A stretch of DNA of 51,608 nucleotides, filler included, from Sphacelaria rigidula (GCA_964200075.2; 4 parts of 4 records of this genome joined end to end with filler, not necessarily neighbours in it), one strand, 5' to 3'. Shown: positions 11,945 to 25,756, counted from the whole stretch's first letter. Numbers and translations: made by a program. The notes: generated by a model from the sequence alone, not told the origin.

Positions 11945-12828
11945 CTGCACCGCACGAAGAAAAACGACGTATCACCGACACTTTGAGCTTTTCTACCGTA
12001 GCACTACCAGAGGTTTCAAGAGTACTTGCAGCACGCGACATCCACAGGACGGGCACATTTCGGTGTGCAAACAACAAAAAATGCTGCCCGGCATACCGCT
12101 AAAATCGGCAAACCTGACGGGCAAGGTTTCCCACATCCGACGACTCATGACTCGTGCTTGTACTGACTCGAGTCACCGGTGTTGTTGGACGGAAAATAGA
12201 CAGCACAATCGAGGCAAGGTTGAAAACTGACAACGAGAGCACTCAACACGCTGCACTTCAATGCACTTTCCTCCTCGAAATAAAAAATTCGGTAGCACTT
12301 AAACCGGAGTGCATCGATATTCAACAATCGTTCTCCCACGCAGAATGCCACGCTGTTTCCGTATCTGCCTAGTGTTCTACAACAGTGGGCTGGGGCTATC
12401 TTGAGAAGAGGAGCGGGCAGGCGGGGTTTAAAAACTGCATAAAAACTCCACGAGCAGCAAAAAGCACCACCTTTATTATGTAACGGTTGCGTGCGGTCGT
12501 GACAGTTTGGGTTAAGTGTTGCTCGACTGCGAGTGAGTCCAATATAGTCTATCTGTACTGCAGCAAATTAGACTAACCGATCAATCACGACCATCGGAAT
12601 GATCACACCCCTTCCTTTCAGGCCTCTTGCACGACCTAGAAATTTCCCGGATCCCGTACGAGCTGGGCCAGCCTAGAGGCGGATTTGAAGTTTGCAGGCC
12701 CATGCTCTTTTACACATTTAGAGTTGGGCCCTGAAAATTGGTATGGACAGTGCATAGGGCACAAGAAAAAAAATTACTGTACCAAAAGAGTTTTTTTTTT
12801 TTTTTTTTGTTAATGGCTTTTTGTTTTT

Positions 12829-12928
12829 NNNNNNNNNNNNNNNNNNNNNNNNNNNNNNNNNNNNNNNNNNNNTTAATTAATTAANNNNNNNNNNNNNNNN
12901 NNNNNNNNNNNNNNNNNNNNNNNNNNNN
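12829..12928. other. Artificial contig spacer N44-TTAATTAATTAA-N44
   Basis: Identical 100-nt spacer occurs three times; the core gives stop codons in all six frames. Confidence 0.98.
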
Positions 12929-12957
12929 CCTTCCCGGTTTTGTGGGGGGGGGAGGGA

Positions 12958-12993
12958 AATGGTCTGATGACTATGGCATGCATTATCAAGAGT
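12958..12993 (-). repeat. ~38-bp G-tract-associated dispersed element, copy 2 (variant A)
   Basis: aatggtctgatgactatggcatgcattatcaagagt followed by a C-tract. Confidence 0.85.
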
Positions 12994-14195
12994 CCCCCCC
13001 CCCCCCCCCCCCTGCAATCTGTATACTGTGTCGACCGTTTGCGACTATGTTTCGTTGTTGTTGTTCGTTGCAGAACCTGAGGGAGCCGTTGCGACACTAC
13101 GCGCAGACTCTGGTCAAGGTGGATCCGGGTGTGAGGACCGTGCTGGGACTGGAACAAGAAGCGAACGGAACGACAACCAAAAGGATATAGATAGGGCTCA
13201 CGTTGAACGGACCGCGACTCGCTTGTACTGAGACAAATAAAAGCATTACTGGTATTACATGCGACAGGTGTAAGTGAAAACAAGTAATTACGAGGCGAAA
13301 AACACGGCGTTTCGCTCGCAACGATATTAGTGGAGCTGGCCGAACAGCGTCATTTGGTCCTGCTGACGTTGTTCGTGCATCGGGATGGAGTTTCTTGGTT
13401 TCTCTCGGGTTCGGCACGTGTTTGGTTTGCCCCCTATTTGTGCACAAGGCCCCCCTTTGTTTGCGTTTGACCTTGAGAATTGCGGGGTGTAGTGCTCTCC
13501 TGTTTCTACACCAGATAAACTGTGCGCCAGCTACGGCGAAACTGTGCTGATTCGCCGTCAGTGTATTGAACCACTAATATACGGCGGGAAGTTTGATGGT
13601 GGGATGCTCATGTGCGTATCCACAAGTTGAAGCACAATGTGATGCACAGCACTGAACCTCAACGTTTCTCTGGCTTTCTTGACGGGTGAGTGAGGTCGAC
13701 TCTCTCGAGATGTCGACTGCATCCCGCTCACAGTCATGAACAAGCGAGCGGGAAATATCTTTGCCCTTCCTCGTTATGGGTTTATTGCTATACAAACACG
13801 AGCGTCTTTGATCGGCTCACTACAACAGTGGTCATCTCAATAATGTTGATATTGCTAGCTTGAAAGTAGGAGCAGCTATTCTTCTCTGCAACAATCAAGC
13901 TGGAAAAAAATCGAAATACTTCGAAGTATTTTTTCGTCTGTAAATCTTACAGCAACACGTACACGCTATTACCGCACTTACGAATGCTCAAGAAGAATCG
14001 CCGGGTCACGAGGGTGCGCGGCCCGGAACCACAAAACTTCGTAGACACAGAATGAAACAAAGATGAAGCCTCTAACCCAACATTGCTCAACGCAAGCTCT
14101 ACAGTACGCCGAATAGATAACACACGACCTCGAGAATGCAAACAACCATACACTCGGACCACAAGTAGCATGACTTCATTGCCTCCCTGTACTTC

Positions 14196-17100
14196 TCAAC
14201 TGGGGCCCCTCCCATCGGCAGCAACTGCGGAAGCCTGCTTATACTTGACAAACCGGGTGGCGTTGAGCGCTGTCTCCCGGAGGTGGCACATCGCATCCCT
14301 CCCAACCGACTTCCCTTCCTGCTTGACCTTTCGCTTAAATGCCGGCACCCCTCCTACCAGCGCCGCCGCTGCACCGCACGCTCGGAACGCGGCGTCCCGA
14401 TCGTCATCCCCAAACACATCCATCACGGCGTTTAAGGCCTCAGCATGCACCAGGACGTGGGGATCCTCCATCGCCTGCACCAACGCGCGACCTAGACCCA
14501 CATCACTTGATCTAACCCCAGCAGCACTGTCACTAGTGGGCGGCACGGCGGCGGCGCCGAGAGCCCCGAGTATTCCAACCGCGTTTACTCTAGCTTCGAA
14601 AGATCGTGTTTTCCCAGGGTCACACAGCGTCAAAAGAATAACTGGCAGGCCAAGTTCACTTCCGCTCCCTGAAGCGCTGAACCCGCCCTCCCCAGCTGTG
14701 GTGCTTTGTCGAATGCCGGCCGACACTGCCGGACCAGCGCGCCGCACGAGTCCCCACATCACACCCGTGAGTGTTTCCACGCAGGAAGGCGCACGTTCCA
14801 TCGCTGCCTCGCACATGCCACACAGTTCCGACCATAAGATGTGAGGATCCGTTCCTAGCGCCTTCGCGGGCAGGTTCTGCACCAGGTTGGCGGCACACAG
14901 GGCCACCGTCACGCGAAGATCCGCAATGTCGCCAGCTGTTCCGGACGGCAGGGCAAGGCGTGTTGCTCCTCCGTCTCCAGTTGCCGCCTCGGCCCCCACC
15001 GCCCCCACCCCTGGTACTTCTCCTTTTGCAGGTACTCGATCTCGCGGGGTCGGGGACAGGAGGGCGCGAAGCGCGTTCACAGTTCGCTGCATTGCGCCAC
15101 GATCGGCCAGGGCTTGCAGGAGCACACTACTTTCACCTGTCGCTTGATCTTGCCTCAACCCGCCGCCACTGTTGGCTGCCTGTTCCATTGCGTCTTCATC
15201 GTCCGAACCCCACTCCTCATCATCGTCCTCGTCTCCGGAACCTTCTTCGGCGGCCGCCAAGGCGCACAGATTCGTCATCACCTCGGCAGCCAGCTTCAGT
15301 GGTTCAGCTACTCCCAGCTTCCATTCCCACCGTATCTCGGCGTCCTTATCAGGTTGTGCGGCCGGCGACACGATCTCTTCCTGCTCCTTCCCCACACCGC
15401 TTTCTTTGTCCACCTCTCCGCTACTACTTTTTGTCTCGCACACACGACCACTTCGTTGCCCGCTCACGCTACTATCGCTCCCTTCCCCACCACCGAAAAC
15501 CTCACTCGTTACGATGTGCATGGGTGTAACAGCGGCCACTGCGGCCGCCGGTCCGGCTGCAGATTCCCGCACACCGGCAGCAGCGTTATTTCGTCCGTCC
15601 CCGCCTCCATCCACCTCCATGCTTTCATCATCTCCGCTGCTAGCCGCTTGCTCTTCTTTATTGCTAGCAAGAGCAGCGCACGCACGATCGAGGGATTTCG
15701 GATCGTATACCATCTGTTCCAGAACCAGCGGTAGGATTAAGCCACCCAGCTCCGCCTGTCTTTCTACCGTCCGCGCTTCCTCCGAGGACCCTGCGATGTT
15801 GACCAAAATACCCGCCGCCTGAAGGCGCATAGATATCGACACCACAACCGGAGTCACAGGCGCACCCGTCACTAGTGACGACAGCTGACCGACAGCACCG
15901 GGTATTGTAGTCAACTGGCGTGCGAGGTCACGATTCGAATCCGTTGCTACATGAAGAGCCTTCATCCGCGGGATGTCAGAGGGGTGGGGGACGTGGATCC
16001 GGGGGGGAGGGGGGAGGGTGCACCGTACGTGAATAATACTGTAGTTTTAGCGATGAGGCTATATGGTCATCAAAGCAACACCTCATCTTTTTGTTCCTTT
16101 TGCAAGGTGGACACCCCACATCCATCCGCAGTGGCCTCATGTTTTGCCTCGAATGTACGCACTTGGGAGTCACGAGGAGAAACAAGCCAGCATTGACGAT
16201 TTAAACTTCGATCAGAAACTCGTCGTGATCTCTGCTGTATTGCACAGGTCTCCTACGCGCATGGAGCTTCGTACCGAATATTCCCATTATATCTTCTCCA
16301 TCGCATATTGATGACTGCACCCAGAACCGCCGTGGCATGCGGTCGGCGACGAACACAGGACCGTCAAGTGCATACGCGGCAGACATCAAGAGACACTCAG
16401 GTGAAAACAAGCCTTTGCTTCTCTGAAAAAAAATGGCGTAACAAACAGGGTTCAACAGGATAATGAATTCATGCACACTGTTTTACAACTGAATGAGATA
16501 TAAACGCTGCTCAGCATCCTTGCATGACTGTGGAATGAGTTTTAGCTCAATGGCTCAATGGCTCATTGGAGGGTTGCTTCCAGACACGACACGAGTAGTT
16601 GCTGTTGTACTTCTAAAAGTAGGACGACTGTTAAGTTCTGGGGTAGACCGTGTGGACTGCGATTGCTGCAACACAAATGCAGTCGACAGTGAGTGAGTGC
16701 CGCACTTTTACACACCTGCAATGCTCCGGCAAAAACCTCCGCATTCCCACGACAGCCTGCAGCCTGTAGCAGCCGCATCACCACCTGCAAGCCACCCTGC
16801 TTGGTGAAACGCCCAACAGCGGCATCGACAGCAGCCAGAATGTTACACAAGGTCGCCACGAGCTGCACCATCACCACCTGGTCCAGCTCGCCCGCCGTAA
16901 TGGTCATGGCAGCAGGAGCACCAACACCCCCCCCACCTCTTGAACCTCTTTTGCGTGGGGCAGCTACGGTGGCAGTGGTGGTAGCAGCAGCAGCAGCAGC
17001 AGCAGCAGCACTGTCGGCATTGGACATGCGGTCTAGCAGGGCCAACACTGGGGTCAAACAGTCGTCCTGCACCATTATCTCACACACCCGAGGATCGTGT

Positions 17101-17480
17101 ACTGCGCTGATGTTCCGCATTGCTCCGGCTGCTTGCAACTTTACGTCGGGTACGCGGTCGACCAACCTTGGCAGAAGTTTTTTCACAAGCCCGCCGGCGA
17201 TAAGGCGTTGCGCTGCTGACCACGCCTCACCCGCGGCGTCGGGGCTGTCGATCTTCTCGAAGAGGGACGCGATGGCTGCACAGGAAGACTCACGCGTGAG
17301 CGCCTTGAGGCTGGTAAGGCCCTCCAGCACGCCCGCGTGGTTCATATCCATGCCCGTGTTACTTTTGTTCAGTTGGTTGGATAAGAGAGGCTGCGTCTCC
17401 TGTGCAGACACAGCTGTGCCTGAGTCCGCCGCAGCTCTTGCTGTGCTCCCGTGAGTCTTACTTTTTCTGGCTTTCCCCAT
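14196..17480 (-). CDS. HEATR3: HEAT/ARM repeat protein, HEATR3/Syo1-like (uL5/uL18 import chaperone), ~842 aa, 2 exons
   Basis: Exons 17480-16716 (GTGTGT donor) and 15959-14196 (C-rich tract, CTGAC branch, AAG acceptor), phase 0. Basic N-terminus MGKARKSK, ARM/HEAT motifs (VKLQAAGAMRNIS, EALNAVMDVFGDD), acidic loop EEWGSDDED and C-terminal NATRFVKYK fit the family by eye. Confidence 0.8.
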
Positions 17481-18194
17481 GGCTGCTGTATCAGTGAAGG
17501 CGCAACTACCGTCAAGCTGTGCGGTGTGGCTGCATCCACTGCACTGACAGTGGATGCTCAGACGAGCGGGGGTTTGCAGATGGATGTCTCAGCTCTGTAT
17601 CGTTTCCCCGTTGACTGAGTGAGCCTCGTATGGCTGGGTTGCTTCCCTTGCTCTTCGGTCTCTCGTTGCCTTCACCAAAAGTGCAAGCCTTGGAGCCGCG
17701 GTCGATACTCTCCAACTGGTTCGTCGGTATTGGAGAACACGACTGCCACCACACAGTCCCGTAAGAACGCCTCTGTACGATATTCTAATTTTACTGGATC
17801 TTACTGTACGGTACCGTCGGTACTGTCGGTGCGGTGCTGTCGGTATTGTCGTACCATATTTTTGTGTACAGAGTACACCTACAGCTTCAGACAGCAGAGT
17901 TCAAACGGTGTCGTACTGCTGTTTACGGTTGTTGTACCACTACTGCGTGCTGTTCTACAGACAGCAGTGTTGTACCGTGCTGTGAAGCGGTGCGACGCAG
18001 ACGACATTTTCAATATTTGAGAGCGCGGCGGCAGCGTCTACACTTCGCGGAAAGTGGTGGCTGTGTGGAAACGAGGTTTCCGTTTAGCACCCACCATCGA
18101 CGGCTGTATCCCACAGGCTACAGTACTTGATAGCGTCTGTTGCTGCTGCAGCTCCTTTCGCAGAGAGACGGCCACCTCCAAGCATATTTCGGGC

Positions 18195-21100
18195 ATGGCG
18201 TTGCAGGACTTGCCGGCAAGCTCAGTGTACTCCTTGGTGCACGCATTTCTTTCGGTGAGCGTTGTGCTCTGGTGTAGTCTACGATGTCGAGCAGTTCGCC
18301 TGGCCCTCGATTTTCTCGGCAAGAGAGGCCTCTGGGCCACAGCACTCGACAGGCCAGCAGCTGCTGCAGCTCTTGCTTTATCTAACTCTAACTATGTGAA
18401 TCGTTTATATGGACCTTGTTCGGTGGTCGCCAGACTTCAGACATGCGCACAAGGCACAGAGCAAGCCCGCCATGCGCATGAGTTGAAACTCGCTTTCTGA
18501 TGGCTATGAGGGTACTAGGTCCCTTCTTATTTATTGAACCGCGGCTTTATCGGTCTCGTGTTTTGAAACAGCATCAGCGTGGAGCATTATGGTAGTCAGT
18601 ATCAGAAGTTTTCAAAATTTGTAGTTGTTGTGATTTTTGAGTTTTTCTCGAGTACTACTAGTCACTACTACTTGGAAGTGCTAGCGCCGGTAGATTTAGG
18701 GGGAAAGCGTAGGCCGCGCGCAAATTGCAGTGCCCAGGTTGGTGTTTCTGGGGCGATACGGACAAAAAACCCCGTTCATCAGGAGGGTGTTGTTAACCGC
18801 TTTGGGTCCATTTGAAGGATTTTTCCGGCTCTTCCGCAACGAAACGGTGACTGTTCAGATAAATGTGGAAAAATCTTCACAATAACGATCGTGATCGTGT
18901 TTCCCTCCTACACTGCACAGACCTCAGCCTAGAATTTTCTGGGGATGGCCTCTCTTTGTTTTTCTTCGCATAATATTTTCCATGAGCACTCGAAAGTGCT
19001 GGCGTCGATAGTTTTGGCAAAGTAAGCAGACCATGCTCAAATCACAATGCCCAAACATAGTTTTCCGGCTTAGCGCAGTGAATAGGTGTAATTTCGATTT
19101 TTTTTTTTTGAGTCTTGGCTTACACAATCGAGATCGAGTCGGTCCACCGAAAACACCGAAAAGCTAGAACCTGGGGTCGCAGTTTCTCAGGACCGCCGGA
19201 GATCGGTCAAGCCCGTAAGTCACTCAATATTGATCGCAGATATTCGTTGTTTCAATAATTGTTGAGATGAATAAAATATCTCCAGATGTCCGTTTTTTGG
19301 CATCCAACAGTCACTGTGATGAGCGGTGGCAAGCGAAAACACATTTGGAAAATCTTTGAGAAACCAAGAAATTACGGATTCTGCATACTTGTGACGCTGA
19401 CTACTACTGTACGCCTCTGCATGGATGCATACTTGCCATCCCTTCGCCCGTGCTGCGACGGTACAAACTACAATACATATTTTGAATACAAGGGATGACC
19501 GTGAGGTATCGTCTCCCGGGAGAAAAAATGCGCTCGATTTCCTTGAAAAAAAAAAAGTAACGCGACTGAAGGTTGTATCGCTGCATAGTTTTTGTTGAGA
19601 TACTTGGACAAATTTCACCCTTTACGAGGCAAGAACTTTTCCCTCGAGGAAGTGCGACGAAAATACTCGTCACTCGCGGGTGTTTACCTGGTGGAATCAC
19701 GTGCGGTTCTCAAAAAGAGATGTTGGGGAATATGAAGCTTTGAAATAAACTACGTAACAAAGAAGAAATCTGAAAGTGTGGTCGCGTTCAATTTTGAATA
19801 TTTCAATGCTCTCACCTTTATGAGAAGATTTGACAAACACGAACGAAATGAAACCCGCAGAAAAATCATGTGGAGTAACTACCTACCGCAGCATCAAAAA
19901 CAAGCAATGAAACGAAGACAATATAACGCCTCGCCGCCCGTCATTGCGAGACGTTCTCACTCAAAATGGCAACCATTTGTAGACGCCATGGCTTGGCCGC
20001 TTGCGGATCTGCATCATCTTTACAAGTCTACGGTACTCCACAATCCAGTAGGTGCTGCAGTACGCGATACAAAAAAGGCTTGCCCGAGCCGGAGATGTCC
20101 TCACTTGCAGTGACCACGCTGGCCTCGGACGCGTAGCTTGCTTAATCAAATCTTCGCAAGCATGCATGGGTCTGAAGTGTATACTCGTGTTCTCCGTGAT
20201 TCGCATAGCCGTACAGTTCCTATCGTGCAGTTTTTTTTCTGCACTTGACCACTTGCACAAAGAAACGCAAGTTTGACCGAAGAAGAACTGCGGCCAGCAG
20301 AAAACGGAAAGGAGTCCTGGGACCGTTTCAACGAGTTTAGAAAGTCATTCCGAAGTGTCAACATCCACCTGGTCCTCTTTCAGGGCGTCAAACGACGCAG
20401 AAAGGCCAGAAAAACAGTTTTCCAGGATATTTCTTTGTATATATAGTGCATGATTATTCTTCCGTTAGAAACGGCCCAAGTGTTTGTTTTGAATGCAGTG
20501 CGAGAAGTTGATACTTTGATGATATTTCTCACGGGTTGAGTCTTGCTTTTTTTTTCTCCATGAATCGCAAGTCCGATTTCCACGTGGAGGTTACGCTTCA
20601 AAAGAGGGGAGGGGGCGAGGGGGGTATTTCGGGCCATTTCTTTCACGAAATTCCACCTCATATTGTCGTTGAAAGCAGCAGTTGTTGTTGTAACGTGCTT
20701 GTTACCGATAAATACTCGTAACGTTATCTTGTTGGCGCCATTTTCACCCAAACACGAGCGCACCACGAGTGTGTTCGGTCGTCTGATACAGCTATGAGCC
20801 CTTTTTTTACGTGGAATCAAACACCCCCCTCGCCCTACCGTGGCATGACTCGTAGATGGGCTTATTCGAAAGCTCTGGCAGCAGGCATGCAGAAAATACG
20901 GCTTTGATGTGTAGGAGAGTTGACCGATTATCCAAAATCCGGGTGTTTACACATTTCAGATCAACTTGACGTATGTGCTTGGTCGGATTTCGTGCTACAC
21001 CTTGAATCTCCCGCAGATTAGACACCGTGGATCTGAACGCCTCCAGTCACAGCTTTCGAGCAAGCTCGGGCACGTTCAACATGAACTGGAAATTTATCAG

Positions 21101-24100
21101 AAAAAAATCAACTCTCCTCTTTAGGAGGTGTTGGGTCAGGCGTTGGCTACAGACCAGTCTGTCACAGTAGCTGTACACCCCCGTTCACGCAGATCGAGAT
21201 TGTGGTACGGTGCGGTCGGTCTCCCAGATGTTGGATGTTGGTCGCTGAGGAGGCTGTACCTCGAAGTTTACTCCTAAGCTTGTTTCGAAATCCCCTCTCT
21301 AGGTTACCCGCTGCCTTCTGCATGAAAATCATGTACTCGTCAGTCATGCGAACCCGAAGGCTGATACTTCCTGTATCCCCCGCCCCCCACCCCGTACAGG
21401 GTCAGGGGTAGGGACGTCGGTACAAGACTACTGCAGCCTGGTCCCACTGCATGAGTCAGTCCCAGCGGCAAGCAGCTCAAGCCCCACAAAATATAAATGA
21501 CACAAAAGCAGGTCTCCTGCAACCGTACAAGCGAACCGGAGTGCGCTGCGGGTCTGATCGATTATTTGGTCACTTGCATCATTTCGCTTTTCCGTGATGG
21601 ACCCGTATTTAAAAAAGCATGGTAAAGGTCAAAAACTTGGCTTGACGTGTAACTTCGCATTCTACCCGTATTCCCGTATCACATTCGCACTGATTCCAAT
21701 CCAGCAGCACCTGCCGTTCCCCATTTGCGGATTGCGTTCTTCAAACCCAGGTCAACCCGCCTTTTAGCGTTTCAACAACTCCAAGAAAAAGCAAAAATTA
21801 CCCTAGTATTTGACAAGGTCCGTTTCAACCCTTTTAAGGCCACTTGTCATGTGTCGATATATATATATATATAGTTGAAAACTGCCTTTCTGACCCTTCG
21901 TTGTCGTTTTGTCGCCCGAAAAGAGGGCTAGGCGCATGTTGACACATTGGAATGACTCGCTCTAGTCGTTGAGACCGTTCCAGGGCCTCTTTTCGTTCTC
22001 CATACGTCAAGGTTTTATTTTTGGTAAAGTTGTGAACTGGTTTTCGCTAACCAGGTGAATCGTTGCAAAAAATGATAACTAGCTACAGCTATCAGTCAAA
22101 ACTGGATAACTGGAGGCGAAGCCGCCTCGTGACTCCGCCGGCGTTGTCTGGCAAGGCAACGCGACGGAGTCGCGTAAACGCCCCCCCCCGGCTGGTGAGG
22201 TGGGCTTGCCGGAGGCGGGAAAATCGGGCCATTTGGCTACACATCTCTTCACAATCGCGGTAAATTCTAGCTGCCTAGCGCCAGCAATTCGAGCACGTAA
22301 TCGGTGCATAAAAACATGCACGAACTGTATATGCGGTAAAAGGAAATATCACTGAACTTTGCGACGTGCATTCAAAGAATGAAGCGGTGAGACAGTAGTT
22401 CAGCATTCATGGCGTTCCGCGTGTACCACGCAGGCGCCAGGAGCTACTAGTAGCACGACAACTCGGTAACGTTACAGAGTGTCACGTCATCAGCCAGGAA
22501 AATTCAACAGGAATATCGACTCTCCCTCGTGCTTCCGTATCACGTTGACCAGCCACCACTGAACCCTTAATGCCTGATGCCGACAGATTGAAGCAAAGCA
22601 CACACAACAACGCTACGAAACGCAGTCTTGCTTCACAAATCAGATCTGCCCAATCAACAAATGTCCGTGCCCAATCTCTTTTTTTTCTGTGTGTCAGAAT
22701 ATATTGTCTGCAATATTCGTGTCCACGTCGTAGTGTGTGCTTGTGGTCATATACTCGCCTCTGTAACAGCGCCCCGACGGTCATCGTAATACGGCACCAC
22801 TTCAGAAATATTGACTTGAGTATCACATACATATACACAGAACACTAGGGAGTATGGCACATATGTCGGGTGAAATAATTGGTTCAACTGGTCACAAAAC
22901 CGATCAGTTAACCAGTTGTGCCAGTCAACTGTAACTGATCAGTTAAACTGGCAGCCAGTTCACAACTCTAGTTTTTGGCCGAACTTGCATTTTCACTTAC
23001 AAACGGCCGAGTCACAAAAAAACGTGCAGTAACCGAGATATTACTCTGAAGCAGTGTATGAGCGCTAAAGCCGCAGTGTCCGTCTCCTCCCCTGTAGGCA
23101 CAAATTCAAAAGGTGATGAAGCAACGGCTAGTTTCACTCTCGACAAAAGACCGGTAGCACAAGTCTTGTGCCGTAGGATATTGTGTATCTATCAGGTACG
23201 CATACATTTTCTCTACCATCGGAATGGTGACGTGGCAGCAGAAAGTAGGCTCAGTGTGAGTCGCGCCAGAGTGATCCCAAGTCCGGAGTAACCCACCCCT
23301 CCCCCCTCTTGTCCTTGGCCCTCTATACCTGATTAGTAAGTTTTAATTCGTCACCATGCTGTGCAGTTGGCAGGGTCCTGCCGTCGAATCGTCTTTTATA
23401 TTGGTTTTGCACCCAGTCGTATCTTTCCTCTTCATACCAAGCGCCGCAGTATCGTACCATACTCGAAGTTCATTGTCGAGGGTCAGAGAAAAGCCGGCTG
23501 CTGTTATCGCTGCATGCTGAGCACTCTACAAACAGATTATGCGCCAAGCATATACTTGGTATCTGCCAAGGTGCCGTTTTTTCAACATGCGGCTGTCTGT
23601 TCTAGATGTCCGACGTATTTACCGCTCGCGCCGTTTCTTGTGCGCTGCCTTGGAATATTGTCGCCAATCGTAGATTCTGACTTGATGTAATTTCACTGTC
23701 GACAACGATCCAGCGGGTTGATCCCAGACCCGGGATTGCTATCTGTGAACAAAACTATCGCTTTTTGTTGATAGTGATCCATGATATATGGTCGAGGACC
23801 AGAGCTCAATGTCAACATCCCCGTCTTTGGAGCAAACCAGCTCGACAACTAAACTATCTTCGCAGTTTTGGTTGTTAATGCCGTGGTCGTCTTTGAACCC
23901 TCTTGACATGGTTGCTTGGGCGTCGATCCGCGTGGATTCGTATTCACGATCCACACCCTCGAAGCCTCGCCTTGACCAGGATGTTGATCTTGATGAACGA
24001 ATACGCAAACTGTTGCTCACTGCTGTAGGCCTAGTGTGTGTCTCTGTCCTGCAATTCTTTGCGTCTCGCTGAAGAAAATATTGTACTCACAATTGTTTAC

Positions 24101-25500
24101 AGGAGTGCGGGCTTGCAAAGACGTCCGTGGCGTTCCGCAAGGAGACTGACAAGAGCGCCAAGAAGCTTGCCAAAGAGAAGGTACACCAGGATTTGAAGTT
24201 GACATCGACGGCAGTTTTGTCGGGATCATGTTCCAATAGTTTGCTGTTCCGATGATTCATCTCTTTAGTTCTCCGTTCACCGACCTCAACACACGTGAAT
24301 TCTGTCTTCTATTGTGCCAGTATAGTCACTCTTTGGGTGCGAGGTTTAAATGAGCAGCTGTGCAAAGACATCAACACTTGTCTGCCTTACACTTGCACGG
24401 CGTCATGAACGTTTCACGCAAGTTCTCTGCCAACATTGTGCCACCGCCTTCCCCCCCCCCCCCCATCACCAACGAAGGCGGAGCTGGGCATTGAGCACGA
24501 TCTGCTGGAGATTATCAACATCTACCGCAAGACCGTAAAGAGGAAAAAGGACTATGAATCGAGTAGCGATGATGACAGTGATTCTGATAGTGAGCAGGAT
24601 GAGCAGCAGAAGCCGAAGGCGAACGGCAAGGTGACACAGAAGGGGGGGAAAGGTGCGCCACCGGCGGCCGCCGTTGCGGCATCGCCGACAACCGAAAGCT
24701 CGAGCGATTCTGATAGCGAGGAAGAGGAGCGGGAGGTTCAGAAGCCGGGGTCACACGGTGCCGCTGCGAAGGGCGGAAATGAGGCGAAGAAGGTGGTGCC
24801 GAAAAAGAAAGCGAAGGTGGAGTCCTCCAGTAGCAGTGAGGACGATGAGAGTAGTCAAGAGGAGCAGGAGAAAGACGAAGAAGCCAAGAAAAGTGCGAAA
24901 GAAGGGGGGAAAACGGGTGGTGCTAGCAAAGGAGCATCAACGGGTAAGAAAACTCCAGCAGCTGTTGCGGCGGTGGGGTCTAAAACAGACGAGTCAAGCA
25001 GCAGCAGTAGCGAGGAGGAGGGCGACGAAGAGAGTGACAGTGATAGCAGCGAGGAAGAGACAGATCCGCAACCTAACGGGAAGGCGAAAAAGGTGACTGC
25101 CCCGGCGGCGGCAGTGGCGAAGAAGGACTCTAGTAGTAGCGAGGAGGATAGCAGTAGCGAGAGTGATGAGGATGATGACACCAGTGAGGGAGAGGCGAAA
25201 CCGCAAACTAACGGGAAGGTGAAGAAGGAGGCTTCACCTGCGGTGGCGCGGGCGGAGAAAAGTGACTCCAGTAGTAGTGAGGACGATAGCAGTAGCGAGA
25301 GTGACGGGGATAGTGATGACCCCTTGGATAAGGCAAAGGTGATGATCAAGGGGTCAGCCAGGGTGCCAGCAAAAGCACCTCCGGGCAGTGAAAAGGCGAA
25401 GCGCTCGAGAAAGCGAAAGACGGCGGGGACAGACTCTTCGGAGGAGGAGGAGGAGAAGGACAAGAAACCTGCTGCGGCACCGCCCGCCAAGAAACGCAAG
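18195..25500 (+). CDS. NOLC1: Nopp140/NOLC1/SRP40-like nucleolar phosphoprotein with N-terminal LisH motif; 3' part missing from contig
   Basis: Exons 18195-18254 (GTGAGC donor), 24103-24180 and 24478-25500 (GTGAGG donor), all phase 0. Spliced N-terminus VYSLVHAFLSECGLAKTSVAFRKE is LisH-like and is followed by alternating Ser/acidic and Lys/Ala/Pro blocks. The SRP40 C-terminal domain is not seen. Confidence 0.75.
22025..22970. mobile_element. Non-autonomous hAT-type DNA transposon, 946 bp, intronic
   Basis: 16-bp TIRs taaagttgtgaactgg and ccagttcacaactcta (1 mismatch); 8-bp flanks atttttgg and gtttttgg (7/8 identical); subterminal aactg/cagtt repeats. Confidence 0.75.
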
Positions 25501-25756
25501 GTGAGGTTCCAAGGAAGAGTATAGTGACGCATCTCACTTCATATCAAGTGATACCGAATCAACTGCCCATCCGATGGTTCAGGGTGTAGGGCGCGGTCGT
25601 GTATCGTAGATTTCGGGGGACGGGATTCCTCCCTCCCCCCACGATGATGAACTGTTTCGGACGGAAGTATATATATATATATATATATACGTCGTCACCG
25701 GGGGTGTCCGGGGGGGGGGGGGGGGGGTGGGGGGTTGCCTCGGGGGGGCTGGTGTG

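Noticed and set aside
12873-12884. TTAATTAATTAA as a biological motif or piggyBac site
   Set aside because: It is centred in N-runs and identical at all three gaps, so it is a synthetic linker.
14083-17454. Plus-strand ORFs of 200-250 aa over the HEATR3-like gene
   Set aside because: Antisense shadows of a GC-rich coding sequence.
19316-19400. Possible C/D-box snoRNA (GTGATGA...CTGA) in the Nopp140-like intron
   Set aside because: No convincing terminal stem or recognisable rRNA guide; such boxes arise by chance.
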